NCBI GenBank assembly: GCA_049840735.1
Contig: JASGJN010000020.1
Location: 736,001 to 800,000, forward strand
Source of the DNA: Anaeromyxobacter sp.
Lineage (GTDB): Bacteria > Myxococcota > Myxococcia > Myxococcales > Anaeromyxobacteraceae
Direction: 5' to 3'
Length of the DNA stretch: 64,000 nucleotides
Shown here piece by piece: positions 31,765 to 43,296 of the stretch (position 1 is the stretch's first letter; each line of letters opens with the position of its first letter). The translations under genes were made by a program, and so were the position numbers. The notes beneath the pieces are model-generated. The model was not told where the DNA came from. It searched no databases and worked only from the letters and a program-made list of their open reading frames with translations.

Positions 31765-31793
31765 TTGACTAAACGTGACGTTACCCATAACGC
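31765..31793 (+). promoter_or_regulatory. Candidate sigma-70 promoter of the PKS with a palindrome in the spacer
   Basis: TTGACT at 31765-31770, AACGT-G-ACGTT palindrome at 31772-31782, weak -10 (CATAAC/TAACGC). Confidence 0.45.
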
Positions 31794-31805
31794 TCCTCGT
31801 CCGAC

Positions 31806-34800
31806 ATGGACAACGCGGAGCACCTGATCGCGATCATCGGCCTGGGAGCGCTGCTCCCGGACGCGGCCACCCCGGACATCTTCTGGAGCAACACGCTCTC
31901 AGGGCGCTCGGCGGTGCGCCGCCTGCGCGGCGGTGCGTGGGAGTGGGAGCAGCTGGGGCTCGCGCCCCGCGCCGCCGTGGTGGAGGGCTTCACGCCCGAC
32001 TGGCGCGCCTTCCGGATCCCGCCGGCCGACGCCGAGATCATGAACCCTGCCCAGCTGCACGTGCTCGAGGCGGGGCGCCAGGCGCTCTCGGCCGTCCGCG
32101 CGCTGCCGCGCGAGCGGACCGGCCTCTGGCTGGGCGCCACCGGGCTGGGCTGGCAGCCCGACACGGGGCTCCGGGTCCGGCTCGACGATCTCCTCGAGAC
32201 GTACCGGGCCGCGTGCGCCGACGCCGCCCTGGAGCCCTCGACCGCCGCGGCCGCGCTGGCCGACGCGCGCGCCGCGCTCGAGGCCCGGGCCCTGCCCGCC
32301 AGCGAGGAGCCGGTCGTGAACTCCGCCGCGAGCATCGCGGCCGGCCGGCTGGCCACGCTGTTCGACCTGCGCGGCCCGCACTGCGCCGTGGACGCCGGCT
32401 TCGCGTCGGGGCTGGCGGCGCTCGAGCTGGCTTGCCGGGCGCTGCGCGACCGGACCGTGGACTGCGCCATCGCAGGCGGCGCGGCGGAGCTCCTCTCCCC
32501 GGCCGAGCTGACCGCGCTGGAGCGCATGGGGGTCCTGGCCCGCGAGGCGCCGCGCCCCTTCGACGCGGCGGCTGACGGGACGGCGCCGGGCGAGGGCGCG
32601 GTCCTCTTCGCGCTCAAGCGGCTGGAGGACGCCCAGCGCGACGGCGACGACGTGCTGGCGGTGGTGCTGGGCGTCGGGAGCGGCGCGGAGGGCGCGCGCG
32701 CCCCGATGCTCGCGCCGTCCGCAGCGGGCCAGGCGATGGCGGCGCGCCGGGCGCTGGAGGAGGCGGGCGTCGGCGCGGACACCATCGGGTACCTCGAGTG
32801 CCATGGCACCGGCACGCCCCTGGGCGACGCGACCGAGCTGGCCGCGCTGGCCGAAGGGTACGCGGGCGCAGGGCCGGTCCCCATCCCCATCGGCTCCGCC
32901 AAGTCGGCGGTCGGGCACCTCCGGGGCGCAGCCGGCGCGGTGGGGCTCCTGCGCGCCGTGCTGGCGCTGTCCCGCGGGACGGTCCCCCCCAGGCCGGCTG
33001 GGCGGCGCCCTGCCCCGAGCTGGCCCGCGCCGGCGCGCCGTTCTCGGTCCCGACCACGCCGCGCCCGCTCTCCCCGCGGCGGCGCGGCCCGGGCCCGGGC
33101 CGGCGTGGCCGCGGCCTCGCTGGGCGGCATCTGCTACCACGCCATCCTCGAGGCGCCGGGGGCACGCGCGGCCGCACCGCGCGCAATCCCCTCGCCCGTC
33201 TCCAGCGGCCGCGAGCCCATCGCCGTGCTCGGCCTGGGGAGCGTCCTCCCCGGCGCGGGCGACGTGCCCGGCCTGTGGCGCGCCCTGCTGGAGGGGAGAT
33301 TGGGAATCCGCGAGGTCCCGCCCCAGCGGTGGTCGGCGGAGCGCTTCTGCGACCCTGATCCGCAGCGGCTGGAGCGGAGCTACACGCGGCTGGGCGCGTT
33401 CGCGGACACGCCCGACCTGGATCCCCGCTGGCGGGTCCCCCCGGCCTCGCAGGCGGCCGTGGACCCGACCCAGCTCCTGGCCCTGCGCGCGGCCGAGGAG
33501 GCGGTGGCCGACGCACACCTGGAGGACGGCGCGTGGGACCGGGCCCGCACCGGTGTCTTCCTCGGCTTCATGGCTTGCCAGGGGCGCAAGCTGCTGGCGG
33601 AGGTCCGCTTCCACGCGCTGCGCACGGGGGCGTACCTGCGCGAGGCGCTGGTGGCCCGCGGTGCCCCCGAGGAGCAGGTCCGCACGCTGCTCGCTCGCGC
33701 CCAGGAGCGGACCGAGGCGGCGCTGCCCCCCCTCGACGAGGACGCGCTGCCGGGCTGGCTGGGGAGCGTGGCCGCGGCCCGCATCGCCCGCCGCTTCGAC
33801 CTGCTCGGCCCGCGGCTGGCCATCGAGTCCGCCTGCGCCTCCACCCTGGCCGCGCTCCAGGCGGCGGTCCAGGCGCTGCGCGCCGGCGCCTGCGACACCG
33901 CGCTGGTCGGCGGAGCGTGGGCGGACATGCAGCCCGAGTTCTACGTGGGGAGCTGCCGGTTCAACGCGCTCTCGGCCAAGGGCAGCACGCCCTTCGACGC
34001 CCGCGCCAGCGGCTTCGTGCCGGGCGAGGGGGCGGGGTTCGTGGTGCTGCGCCGCCTCGCCGACGCCGAGCGCGACGGGCAGCGCGTCCAGGCGGTGGTG
34101 CGCGGGGTGGGGGCCTCGAGCGACGGCGCCGGCAAGTCCATCTTCGCCCCCTCGGCCGAGGGCGAGGCCACGGCCATGCGCCGCGCGCTGGAGGACGCCG
34201 GGGTGGCGCCGGGGCTGGTGGAGTACGTCGAGTGCCATGGGACGGGCACCGCGGCCGGCGACGCCGCGGAGGTGGACGCCTGCACGCGCGCCTACGGCCG
34301 CGGGCGCGAGCGGCCGCTGCGGGTGGGATCGGTGAAGTCGAACTTCGGACACCTGCTGGGCGCGGCCGGCGCGCCGGCGCTGGTGAAGGCGATCCTGGCC
34401 CTCCGCGAAGGGCTCCTCCCGCCGTCGCTGAACGTCGAGCAGCTCAACCCGGCCATCGACTTCGCCGCCGGCCCGGTCGAGGTGGTGACGCGGCCCACGC
34501 CTTGGGAGGCCGCGCCGGGCGAGCCCCGGCGCGCCGGGGTCTCCGGCTTCGGGCTGGGCGGCACGAACGTGCACGCGGTGCTGGAGCAGTACCGCTCCCC
34601 CGCCGAGCGCCGCAGCGACGCCGAGCGCTCGCGCCCGCGGCTGGAGGCCGTCGCCCTGCCCGCCCCGCGCCGCCGGATCCTGCCGGTCGCGGTGGCGACC
34701 GGGGCCGACCTGGCCGCCTGCGCGCAGGAGCTCGTGGCGCTGGCGGCTGCCGCCCGGCGCGCTGCGCCGGGCGAGTACCTGGCCCTGCTGGCCCGGGCCC

Positions 34801-37800
34801 AGCGCAGCGCCGGGGCCGGCCCGTGCCGGATGGCCGTGGTGGCGCGCGACGCCGCCACGCTCGGCGCGCGGCTCGAGCTGATGCAGAACGCGCTCGTCGC
34901 CGGCCTCGACCCGGGGCTGCTCGGCTCGCAAGGCATCTTCGTGGCGCGGGGGGACCGCCAGGGCGTGGCGGTGACGTTCCCGGGCCAGGGGCCGCAGTAT
35001 CCCAACATGCTCCGCGACGCGCTGGCGGAGTTCCCCGAGCTGGGCGAGACCCTCGACGCGGCGGACGGCGCCTACCAGGCGCTGTGCGGCAGGACGCTCC
35101 GGCAGGCCTTCTTCACCGATCGGCCTGCGGAGTATGCCCAGCGGGACGAGGACATCCACTGCGCGGTCTTCGCGGTGAACGTCGCCCTCTACCGGCTGCT
35201 CCAGGGGTACGGGCTCTGCCCGGATGCGCTCATGGGGCAGAGCGCAGGCGAGCTCGCCGCCCTGGTCGCGGCCGGGGCCGTCTCGTTCGAGGACGGGCTG
35301 GGGGTGGTCCGCGAGCGCACCGCCTCGGTCCTGGCCATCCAGACCGACGACCCGGGCAAGATGATCGCGCTCTCCTGCGGCGCCGAGGCGGCGCTGGCGC
35401 TGGCTGCAGGCATCCCTGGCTACGTGGCGCTGGCCGCCGACAACGGGCCGGACGCCTGCATCCTGTCCGCCGACGGGCGCGCGACGCCCGTGCTGGTCGA
35501 GCGCGCCGCCCGCGCCGGGATCGAGGCCACGGTCCTGGGGGTCTCGCACGGCTATCACTCGCAGCTCATCGCCGCGGCTCGGCCGCGCTACCAGGAGCAC
35601 CTGGCGCGGGTGGCCTTCCAGGCGCCGCGGCTCGAGGTGTTCTCGACCGTCACCGGGGGCTCGCTGGGCACCTTCGATCCCGGCGGCATGGTGGAGCACC
35701 TGGGCAGCCAGTTCGTGGAGCCGGTCCGGCTCCGCGCGGCGGTCGAGGCGCTGTACGCCCGCGGCGTGCGCGTCTTCGTGGAGTGCGGGCCCAAGTGGCC
35801 CCTCACCACCTTCGTCGGCCAGATCCTGGGCGACCGCCCGCACGCCGCCATCGCGACCATCCATCCCAAGGTGGGTGAGGTCGAGCAGATCCATCGCGCA
35901 CTCGCCTGCCTGTTCGTGCACGGCGCCGCTTCGCTCTTCCCCGTGGAGGACCTCGTGATGCACGCCTCACCCGCCGCTGCCGGCCACGCCTCTCCGTCGC
36001 CGTCGGAGCCCGCTCGCGCCGGCGATCTCACCGCCCTGCTCCGGGGGATCCGCGACCTCATCGACGGCTACCTCCGCGCCACCGGCGCCGAGGCCTCCCT
36101 CGCACCGACGCCGGGCGCTGCAAAGGCGAACGGCGCCACGGCCAAGACCAACGGCGTGGCGACCCATGGCGCCCACCGCGTGCCGGCGCCGGCCCCGGTG
36201 CCGGTGCAGGCGTCGGTGTCGGCGCCCGCCTCGGTGCCGGCGGCGGTCCCCTCGCCGCGCCAGGCGATCGAGCCGGCCTCGCCGCCGAGCGCTCCGGCCG
36301 AGCCCGCGCCCACGCTCGAGCTCGTGCAGGGTGCGCTGATCGACGAGTTCGCCCGCCGGACCAAGTACGTCCCATCCATGTTCAACCCCGACCTGGACCT
36401 GGAGGCCGAGCTCGGCATCGACACCGTGAAGCAGGTCGCGGTGCTCGCGGCGGTCCGCCAGCGCTTCGGCGTCGCGCCGGACCCGACCTTCAAGGTGCGG
36501 GACGCGAACACCATCGCGAAGGCCGCGGCCTGGCTGGTGGCGCGCGCCACCGGAGCGAGGGCCGGCGCCACGACGGCACCGGTCGCCTCGGCCGCACCGC
36601 CCGCACCAATCCCGCCTCCTGCCCCGGCCAAGGCCCCCGCGACCACCGCTGGGAGCACGCCGCTCCCGGCGGCCGCCCCCCCGCCGGCCGGCCTGCCGCG
36701 ACGCCCGAGGCCACGCGCGACGGCTCGGCGACGGCAATCCCTCCGGGAGCCTCGCTGGCCGAGGTCTGCGAGAAGGTGCGCCGGATGCTGCTGGACGAGT
36801 ACGTCCGCAAGACGCGCTACCCCGAGGCGATGCTCGATCCGGACCGTGACCTCGAGGCGGAGCTGGGCATCGACACCGTCCGGCAGGTCGCGGTGCTGGG
36901 CGCGGTCCGGGAGCGGCTCGGCCTGGCGCCGGATCCCCGCTTCAAGCTGCGCGACGCGAACACCATCGCCAAGGCGGCCGAGGTGCTGGCCTGGCGCCTG
37001 GTGGGCGAGGCGCCGCCTCCCTCCGGCCCGGGGCCCGGCGGCGGGCAGCCGCGACCGGGCTCGGCGGAGCCGGCCTCCGCTCACGGGACCTCCTCGGCGA
37101 GCGGCGCAACCTCGGCCATCATGGCGCCGCTGGCGAGCGCGGCGTTCGCGCCCAGCGCCGCCGCTGCGCAGCGCCCGGCCGCAGCCCTGGACCGCGCCGG
37201 GTGCGGGCCCGAGGCGGCGCCTCCTCCCGTGCCCACCTCCGCCGCGTCGCTCTCCACCGCGGCTCGCCTGCTCGAGGCCATCCTGGCCACCGCCGGCGGC
37301 GACGTGCGTGAGCTGACGGGGATCGCCGTCGGTGGCGAGGCCGGGTCCGGCAGCCCCGGTGAGCCTCGGGTCATGTCCGAGCCCCCCCACGGCGGCGCCG
37401 TCCGGCAGCATGCGGCCATGGGCGGCGCGGCCGCCGAGGCCACGGTCCGCACCGGCCCCGCGACGGCCCGGCTCGACGCGCCGCCGGAGGTCCTGGCCGC
37501 CGTCGCGCCGGTCCGGCGCGAGCGGGCGGCCGGCGGAGATGAGCTGCGCGCGGCGCTGGCGCCGGTCCTGGGAGAGGCGCGCGGCCTCCTCACCTGGGCC
37601 CGCTCCGAAGGGTTCATGTCGACCGCGGGAGGGGCGCTCCTCCCGGGCGGATCGCCGGCCGCCCGCCTGTCTGCCCTCCTGGTGGCCGCGGCCGAGCTGG
37701 CGTCCTTCGCCTGGCTGGGGCTCACCGGCGCGCCGCACGCGCTCGTCGCCATCGAGCGCGTCACCGTCCAGGCCCTGCCCCACCCCGGCGCCGAGCTCGG

Positions 37801-38020
37801 CCTCAAGGTGAAGATGATCCCGCCCGAGAGCGGGCTGTGGCGCGCCGACGTCCACGTGGTCTGCGAGGGGGAGCTGGTCGCGGAGATCCGCGGGCTGACC
37901 GGGGCCCCGGTCCGGGCCGCGCCCGCGACGCCGGGCCTCGTCGGCGACGCCGCCGAGCGCGCCTGGCGCCGCTTCTGCCGGCGGATGCGGGCGGAGCACG
38001 CGGCGGAGGAGGTGGCGTGA
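31806..38020 (+). CDS. Type I PKS/FAS subunit 1: KS(inactive)-KS-AT-ACP-ACP-hotdog-like (frameshift ~36700; compensating pair ~32990/33075)
   Basis: KS1 DAGFAS/ECHGTGT/KSAVGH; KS2 ESACAS/ECHGTGT/KSNFGH; AT FPGQG, GQSAG, HGYHS; two DLEAELGIDTV ACPs, the second in frame 36776..38020. Confidence 0.88.
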
Positions 38021-41000
38021 GCGCGGTGGGACCGATCGCCATCGTCGGGCTCGGCTGCCGGTTCGCCGGCGGGGCCGGGCCTTCGGCCTTCTTCGACCGC
38101 TGCGCCAGCGGGGCAGCGCCGGCGCGGGCCGTCCCGCCGACGCGGTTCGATCCCGAGGCGCTCGCCCACGAGCTCCCCCCCGGCGCCCGCCTGCCGATGC
38201 GCGCCGCGCTGGTGGACGAGGTCCCGCTCGACTGGAAGGCGCTCCGCATCCCGCCCATCCAGGTGGAGGGGCTCCACCTCGGCGAGCGGCTCGCCCTGCA
38301 GACCATCGTGGAGGCGATCCAGGACGCCGGGCTCCCGCCCGGACCGCGCGAGCCCCTGGACCGCGCCCAGGTCTGGCTGGCCGCGACCACCTTCGGCTCC
38401 GACGAGCGGATCGATCCCATGCGGCGGATCCGCCGCTACCGCCTGGCCGCGCCCATCCGCGAGGCGCTCGAGCGCCACGCGCCGGGCGAGGTCGAGCCGG
38501 CGCTGGCGCTCCTCGACCAGCTGGTGGACCTCGCCTCGCCCTCCATCGAGCCCGACGCGCTCTTCACCTCGGCGAGCATCGTGGCCGGCCGCGCCACGCA
38601 CCTGTCCAACTTCCGGGGCGGGCACCTGGCCATCGACGCGGGCACCGTCTCCTCGCTGGCCGCCGTGGCCGAGGCCTCGGCTGCGCTGGCGCGGGAGGAG
38701 TGCGACCTGGCCATCGTGTGCGGGGTCGCCCCCCTCGTGACGGCCTCGGCGCTGCTCGCCTTCGCCCACCGGGGCGAGCTCTGCCCGGGGGCGCCGGCAC
38801 CGTACGCTCGCGCGCCGGCCGGCACGCTGCTGGGCGAGGGGGCCTTCGCCGTGGCCCTGACCCGGCCCGCAGAGGCGGTGGGGCGGCGGGTCTACGCGGT
38901 CATCGAAGGGATCGGCGCCGCGGCCGAGCCGCGGGACGCCGGCGACGCAGGGCTGGAGCGCTGCGTGGCCCGGGCCGCGCGCGAGGCCCTGCTGGCCTCG
39001 GGGGTCTCGCCCGACGCGATCCACGCGGTCTCGAGCCGGGCGGCCGGGCTGCCCAGCGACGCCGCGGAGGCGGCGGGGCTGGCCGACGCCTACCGCGGGC
39101 GGAGCGCGCCCCTGGCGGTGGCGTCCTGCGTGCCGGCCACCGGTCACCTCCGGTGTGCAGGCGGCCTGGCAGCGCTGGTGCAGGCGGCGGTGGCCCTCCA
39201 GCGCGGCGCCTGGCCCGCGCCGCCGTCGCGGTCGGGGGACCTGGTGGGCGGGGTGGTGATGGCGGGCGCGTCGCCGGTCCGGCCCGAGCAGCGGGTGGCG
39301 GTGAGCGACGCCGGCCCCGAGCCGGTGGCGTACCACGCCGTGCTGGCGAGGCCGGGAGCCCCGGCGGCGGCGGCCCGGCCGGCGGCCCGGAGAGCCCGGC
39401 AGGCTGAGGGGTTCGCCGTGGTGGGCGTGGGGCTGGTCGCAGCCGACGCCAACGATCCCCGCAGCTACTGGAAGAACGTCCTCGAGGGCTCGGATCCGGT
39501 CAGGGACCTCCCGGCCTCGCGCTTCGACGTCGAGGCGCTGGTCGGCCGGAACGCCGAGCTGGCCCACGCCTTCCGCACGCGCCTGGCGGCGACCGTCTCG
39601 CCGCCGCCGCTCGACCTGGCCCGCTACGGGATCGCCCCGCAGGAGCTCCCGACCCTGGACCCGGCCATCCCCATCGCGCTGCTCGCCGCGGAGCAGGCGC
39701 TCCGGGGCGCCCGCTGGGAGCGGAGCGCCGGCCGGCGTGGACAGGCGGTGTTCGGCCAGCTGTCGCTTCGCGCGCGCGACGCCGCGGTGGAGATGCGGAT
39801 CGCCTTCGCCTCCACGCTGGCCCTGGCCTCCGAGGCGCTGCGCGAGGCCGGGCTCTCGCCGGAGCGCATCCGGGAGGTCCTCGCCACGGCGCGCGCCCTC
39901 TACGACGCCCGCGGAGCCGCCCACTGGACCGAGGCCCTCTCCGCCAGCACCGGGTACTCGCTCGCCGCGCGCGTGGCCGGCGCCTTCGGCCTGGGCGGCG
40001 TTCCGCTCACCGTGGACGCGGCCTGCGCCTCGTCGCTGGCGGCCGTGCGCCTGGCTTGCGACGCGCTGGCGCGAGGCGAGGTGGACCTGGCCCTGGCCGG
40101 CGGCGTGGCCTACAACCTCCTGCCCGAGTACTACGTCGGGCTCGGGCTCATGGGCGCCCTCTCGCCGCGGGGCGCCCTGCCCTTCCACGAGAACGCCGAC
40201 GGCTTCGTGCCGGCGGAGGGCGCGGCCGCGGTCGCGCTGCGGCGCCTGGCCGACGCCCGCGCCGACGGCGACGAGATCCTGGCCGTGGTCCGCGGGCATG
40301 GGATCTCCAGCGACGGCCGGGCGCTCTCCATCTACTCGCCGTCCTCCGAGGGCCAGCAGCTGGCGCTGCGCAGGGCGCTGGCCGACGCCGGGGTGGAGCC
40401 CGGGACGGTGGACCTCCTCGAGGCGCACGGCCCGGCCACGCAGCTCGGCGACCGGACCGAGATTGCCAGCTGCGCGGCGGTGTACGGTGACGCGCCCCGG
40501 CCGTCTCCCCTGGTCCTGTCGGCCTCGAAGTCGCAGGTCGGCCACACCACCAGCGCCGCCGGCATGATCGCCCTGGTCCGCGCCGTGCTCGCGCTGGGGG
40601 AGCGGGTCCTGCCCGGCTCCAACCGCCGGGGCGAGCTCGACCCCGAGCTGCACCTGGAGCGGATCCCGGCCGTGCTGCCGACCACGCCCCGCCCCTGGCT
40701 CGCTCCGCGAGGCCACCCCCGCCGCGCGGCCGTGAGCGCGTTCGGGTTGGCAGGCGTGAACCATCACCTGATCCTGGAGGAGGCGCCGGGCGCCGCGGAG
40801 GGCGAGGTGCGCGCCCCGGTGACGGTGCCGCCGGCCAGCGGCCTCGCTGCGGACCGGTTCGCCATCGAGCTCGCGCCGGTGGCGCTCCCGGAGCGGCCGC
40901 CGCTCCACGCGCTGGCCGGGCGCCGGGCCGTGGTGGTGGGCGCGCCCGGCGGCCGCGCCGAGGCGCTGGCGCAAGCGCTCGTCGCCAGTGGTCTCCAGGC

Positions 41001-43296
41001 GCGGCGCCTCGATCCGCCCGCGTCGGGCGAGCTCGAGCTCGAGGGCGTGAGCCTGGTCGTGGACGCGACCGCGCTCGAGTGGGACCCCGGGCTCCTGCTC
41101 CTCCCTGCCGCCGCGCTCGCAGCGCAGGCCCGCGCGCACGCGCAGCGGGCCGTCGCGCTGGCGCGCTCCATCCACGGGTGGATGGAGGACGCCTCCGCGG
41201 AGCGGCCGGCCATGTACGCGGCGGTCACCGCCATGGGCGGCGACCTCGGGCTCTCCGGCGGCGGCGCGGGCAACGTGCTGGGCGCGTTCCAGCATGGGCT
41301 GGCGCTGGCGCTGAAGCAGGAGCTCCCGGCCGTCCTGGTCAAGGCGCTGGACGCGCCGCCGGGACTGGCCGCGCCGGAGCTCGCCCGCGAGCTGCTGCGG
41401 GAGCTGGAGGACGGCAACGAGCGGGTCCAGGTCGGCTGGGCCGGCCGCCGGTTCGTGGTGAATCTCCGGCGCGCCGCGCACCCCGACGAAGCCGCCCCCT
41501 TGCGCGAGCTCCGGCCTGGGGACGTCTTCGTCTTCTCCGGGGGCGGCCGGGGCGTGGTGTTCGAGTGTGCGCGGGCCGTGGCGCAGCTGGGCGCGGTCGC
41601 CGTGGTGACCGGCCGCACCGCCGTGCCCGATCCGGGCGCCCCGCACGTCGGCCTCGACGACGAGGCGTTCGCCGAGTTCCGCCGCCGCGAGATTGTCCGG
41701 CGCCGGGGCGAGCCGGGGCTGACCCCGGCGCGGTTCGAGCGGGAGATGGCGCCGCTGGTCCGCGAGCGGGAGCTCCACCGCAACCTGGCGCGCGCCCGCG
41801 CCGAGGGGCTGGCCATCGAGTACGAGCCCTGCGACGTGGTCGATCCCGAGTCCGTGCGGGCGCTGGTGGCGAGGGTGCGCGCGCGGCATGGGGCCATCCA
41901 CTACCTGGGGCACGGCGCCATGATCGAGCGCTCCACCGGCCTGCCGTCGAAGACCGACCAGGACGTGGCGCGCACCGTGGACTCCAAGGTCGCCGGCCTG
42001 CTCAACCTGCTCGACGCGACGGCCGCCGATCCCATCCGCGCCGTGATCGCCTTCGGCTCCGGGGTGGCTCGCTTCGGGAACCGCGGGCAGACCGACTACG
42101 CCGGCGCGAACGCGCTCATGGCGGCGCTGCTGCCGGCGAGGCTGGCGCGCGCCGGGCACCCCGCCGCGTGCGTCACCGTGAACTGGCCGGCCTGGCGCGA
42201 GGTGGGCTGGGCAGCCTCGAACCGCGACATCGCCGCCGGCCTGGACGCCATGGGGGTGACGTCGATCCTGCCCGAGGAGGGGCGGTACTGGTTCCTGTCC
42301 GAGCTGCTCCACGGGACGGAGCCGGAGGTGCTGGTGGCCGGTGAGCGGATGCTCCACGCCTGGCCGTTCTTCGGCGCGTCCGCCGACGGGCGGCGGCCGA
42401 TTGGCCCCACCGACGACCGCGCCGCGCTGCTGGTGCCCGGCTCGTTCCCGCTGCTGGACGAGGTGATCGAGCGCGGCCCGGGTCGGCTGCTGGCGGCCCG
42501 GAGGCTCGATCCGGACCAGGAGCCCTTCCTGGCGCAGCACCTGCTGGATGGCCGCCCGGTGCTGCCGGGGGCGTTCGCCCTGGAGATGCTGGCGGAGGCA
42601 GCCTCGCTGCTCCGGCCCGGAGCGGACGTGGTCGAGGCCGTCGAGTTCCGCGTCGACGCGCCGGTGGTGAACGTCCGCGGCGCGGTGGACGTGCAGGTCG
42701 AGGCCGTGGAGGTCGGGCCAGGCCTGGTCGAGGCGCGGCTGCTGAAGCGGCTCGCCATCGAGGGCGCGCCACCCCGGATCCACGCCTCCGCCCGGCTCCG
42801 GCTCGGTGAGCGGCCCGCCAGGCCTGGCGCCTCGCCCATCCCCGAGGCCGAGGGGGTGATCCGGGCCCGGTCGTTCTATCGGACCTCGCGGGATCCGGTG
42901 GCCCTCGGCCCGCTCTTCTGCCGGGCCCAGTGGATCGAGCTCCGGGGCACGGAGGCCGTCGGCTTCATCGAGTCGCCGGACCCGGGCGGCATCGTCGGTG
43001 GCTCGACCTGCCCGGCCTTCCGGATCGATCCCCTGCTCCTCGACTCCGCGTTCCAGCTCGCCGGGAGCGTGGAGGGGTTCGGCGAGGGGTTCGTGTGCGT
43101 GCCGGTGGCGGTCCAGGCGGTGCGGGTCGGGGACGTCCCCAGGCGCGGCGAGCGCGCCCGCGGGCGCGCGGTGAGGGCCCGCGCCGAGGCGCCACGCGTG
43201 TTCTACGACGTGGTCGTGGTGGGCGAGGACGGCAGGTTGCTGCTCGACGTGGTGGGCCTCGAGCTGCGCCGCGTGGCCCAGGCGGAGGCGGCATGA
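38017..43296 (+). CDS. Type I PKS/FAS subunit 2: KS(inactive)-KS-KR-DH
   Basis: KS1 DAGTVSS (degenerate); KS2 DAACASS/EAHG/KSQVGH; KR SGGGRGV and YAGAN; DH HLLDGRPVLPG and DSAFQ; GTGA overlap with subunit 1. Confidence 0.9.
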   Translation: MSAVGPIAIVGLGCRFAGGAGPSAFFDRCASGAAPARAVPPTRFDPEALAHELPPGARLPMRAALVDEVPLDWKALRIPPIQVEGLHLGERLALQTIVEAIQDAGLPPGPREPLDRAQVWLAATTFGSDERIDPMRRIRRYRLAAPIREALERHAPGEVEPALALLDQLVDLASPSIEPDALFTSASIVAGRATHLSNFRGGHLAIDAGTVSSLAAVAEASAALAREECDLAIVCGVAPLVTASALLAFAHRGELCPGAPAPYARAPAGTLLGEGAFAVALTRPAEAVGRRVYAVIEGIGAAAEPRDAGDAGLERCVARAAREALLASGVSPDAIHAVSSRAAGLPSDAAEAAGLADAYRGRSAPLAVASCVPATGHLRCAGGLAALVQAAVALQRGAWPAPPSRSGDLVGGVVMAGASPVRPEQRVAVSDAGPEPVAYHAVLARPGAPAAAARPAARRARQAEGFAVVGVGLVAADANDPRSYWKNVLEGSDPVRDLPASRFDVEALVGRNAELAHAFRTRLAATVSPPPLDLARYGIAPQELPTLDPAIPIALLAAEQALRGARWERSAGRRGQAVFGQLSLRARDAAVEMRIAFASTLALASEALREAGLSPERIREVLATARALYDARGAAHWTEALSASTGYSLAARVAGAFGLGGVPLTVDAACASSLAAVRLACDALARGEVDLALAGGVAYNLLPEYYVGLGLMGALSPRGALPFHENADGFVPAEGAAAVALRRLADARADGDEILAVVRGHGISSDGRALSIYSPSSEGQQLALRRALADAGVEPGTVDLLEAHGPATQLGDRTEIASCAAVYGDAPRPSPLVLSASKSQVGHTTSAAGMIALVRAVLALGERVLPGSNRRGELDPELHLERIPAVLPTTPRPWLAPRGHPRRAAVSAFGLAGVNHHLILEEAPGAAEGEVRAPVTVPPASGLAADRFAIELAPVALPERPPLHALAGRRAVVVGAPGGRAEALAQALVASGLQARRLDPPASGELELEGVSLVVDATALEWDPGLLLLPAAALAAQARAHAQRAVALARSIHGWMEDASAERPAMYAAVTAMGGDLGLSGGGAGNVLGAFQHGLALALKQELPAVLVKALDAPPGLAAPELARELLRELEDGNERVQVGWAGRRFVVNLRRAAHPDEAAPLRELRPGDVFVFSGGGRGVVFECARAVAQLGAVAVVTGRTAVPDPGAPHVGLDDEAFAEFRRREIVRRRGEPGLTPARFEREMAPLVRERELHRNLARARAEGLAIEYEPCDVVDPESVRALVARVRARHGAIHYLGHGAMIERSTGLPSKTDQDVARTVDSKVAGLLNLLDATAADPIRAVIAFGSGVARFGNRGQTDYAGANALMAALLPARLARAGHPAACVTVNWPAWREVGWAASNRDIAAGLDAMGVTSILPEEGRYWFLSELLHGTEPEVLVAGERMLHAWPFFGASADGRRPIGPTDDRAALLVPGSFPLLDEVIERGPGRLLAARRLDPDQEPFLAQHLLDGRPVLPGAFALEMLAEAASLLRPGADVVEAVEFRVDAPVVNVRGAVDVQVEAVEVGPGLVEARLLKRLAIEGAPPRIHASARLRLGERPARPGASPIPEAEGVIRARSFYRTSRDPVALGPLFCRAQWIELRGTEAVGFIESPDPGGIVGGSTCPAFRIDPLLLDSAFQLAGSVEGFGEGFVCVPVAVQAVRVGDVPRRGERARGRAVRARAEAPRVFYDVVVVGEDGRLLLDVVGLELRRVAQAEAA

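Noticed and set aside
36690..36780. Programmed ribosomal frameshift in the PKS
   Set aside because: No slippery heptamer seen, and similar indels throughout the window point to sequencing error
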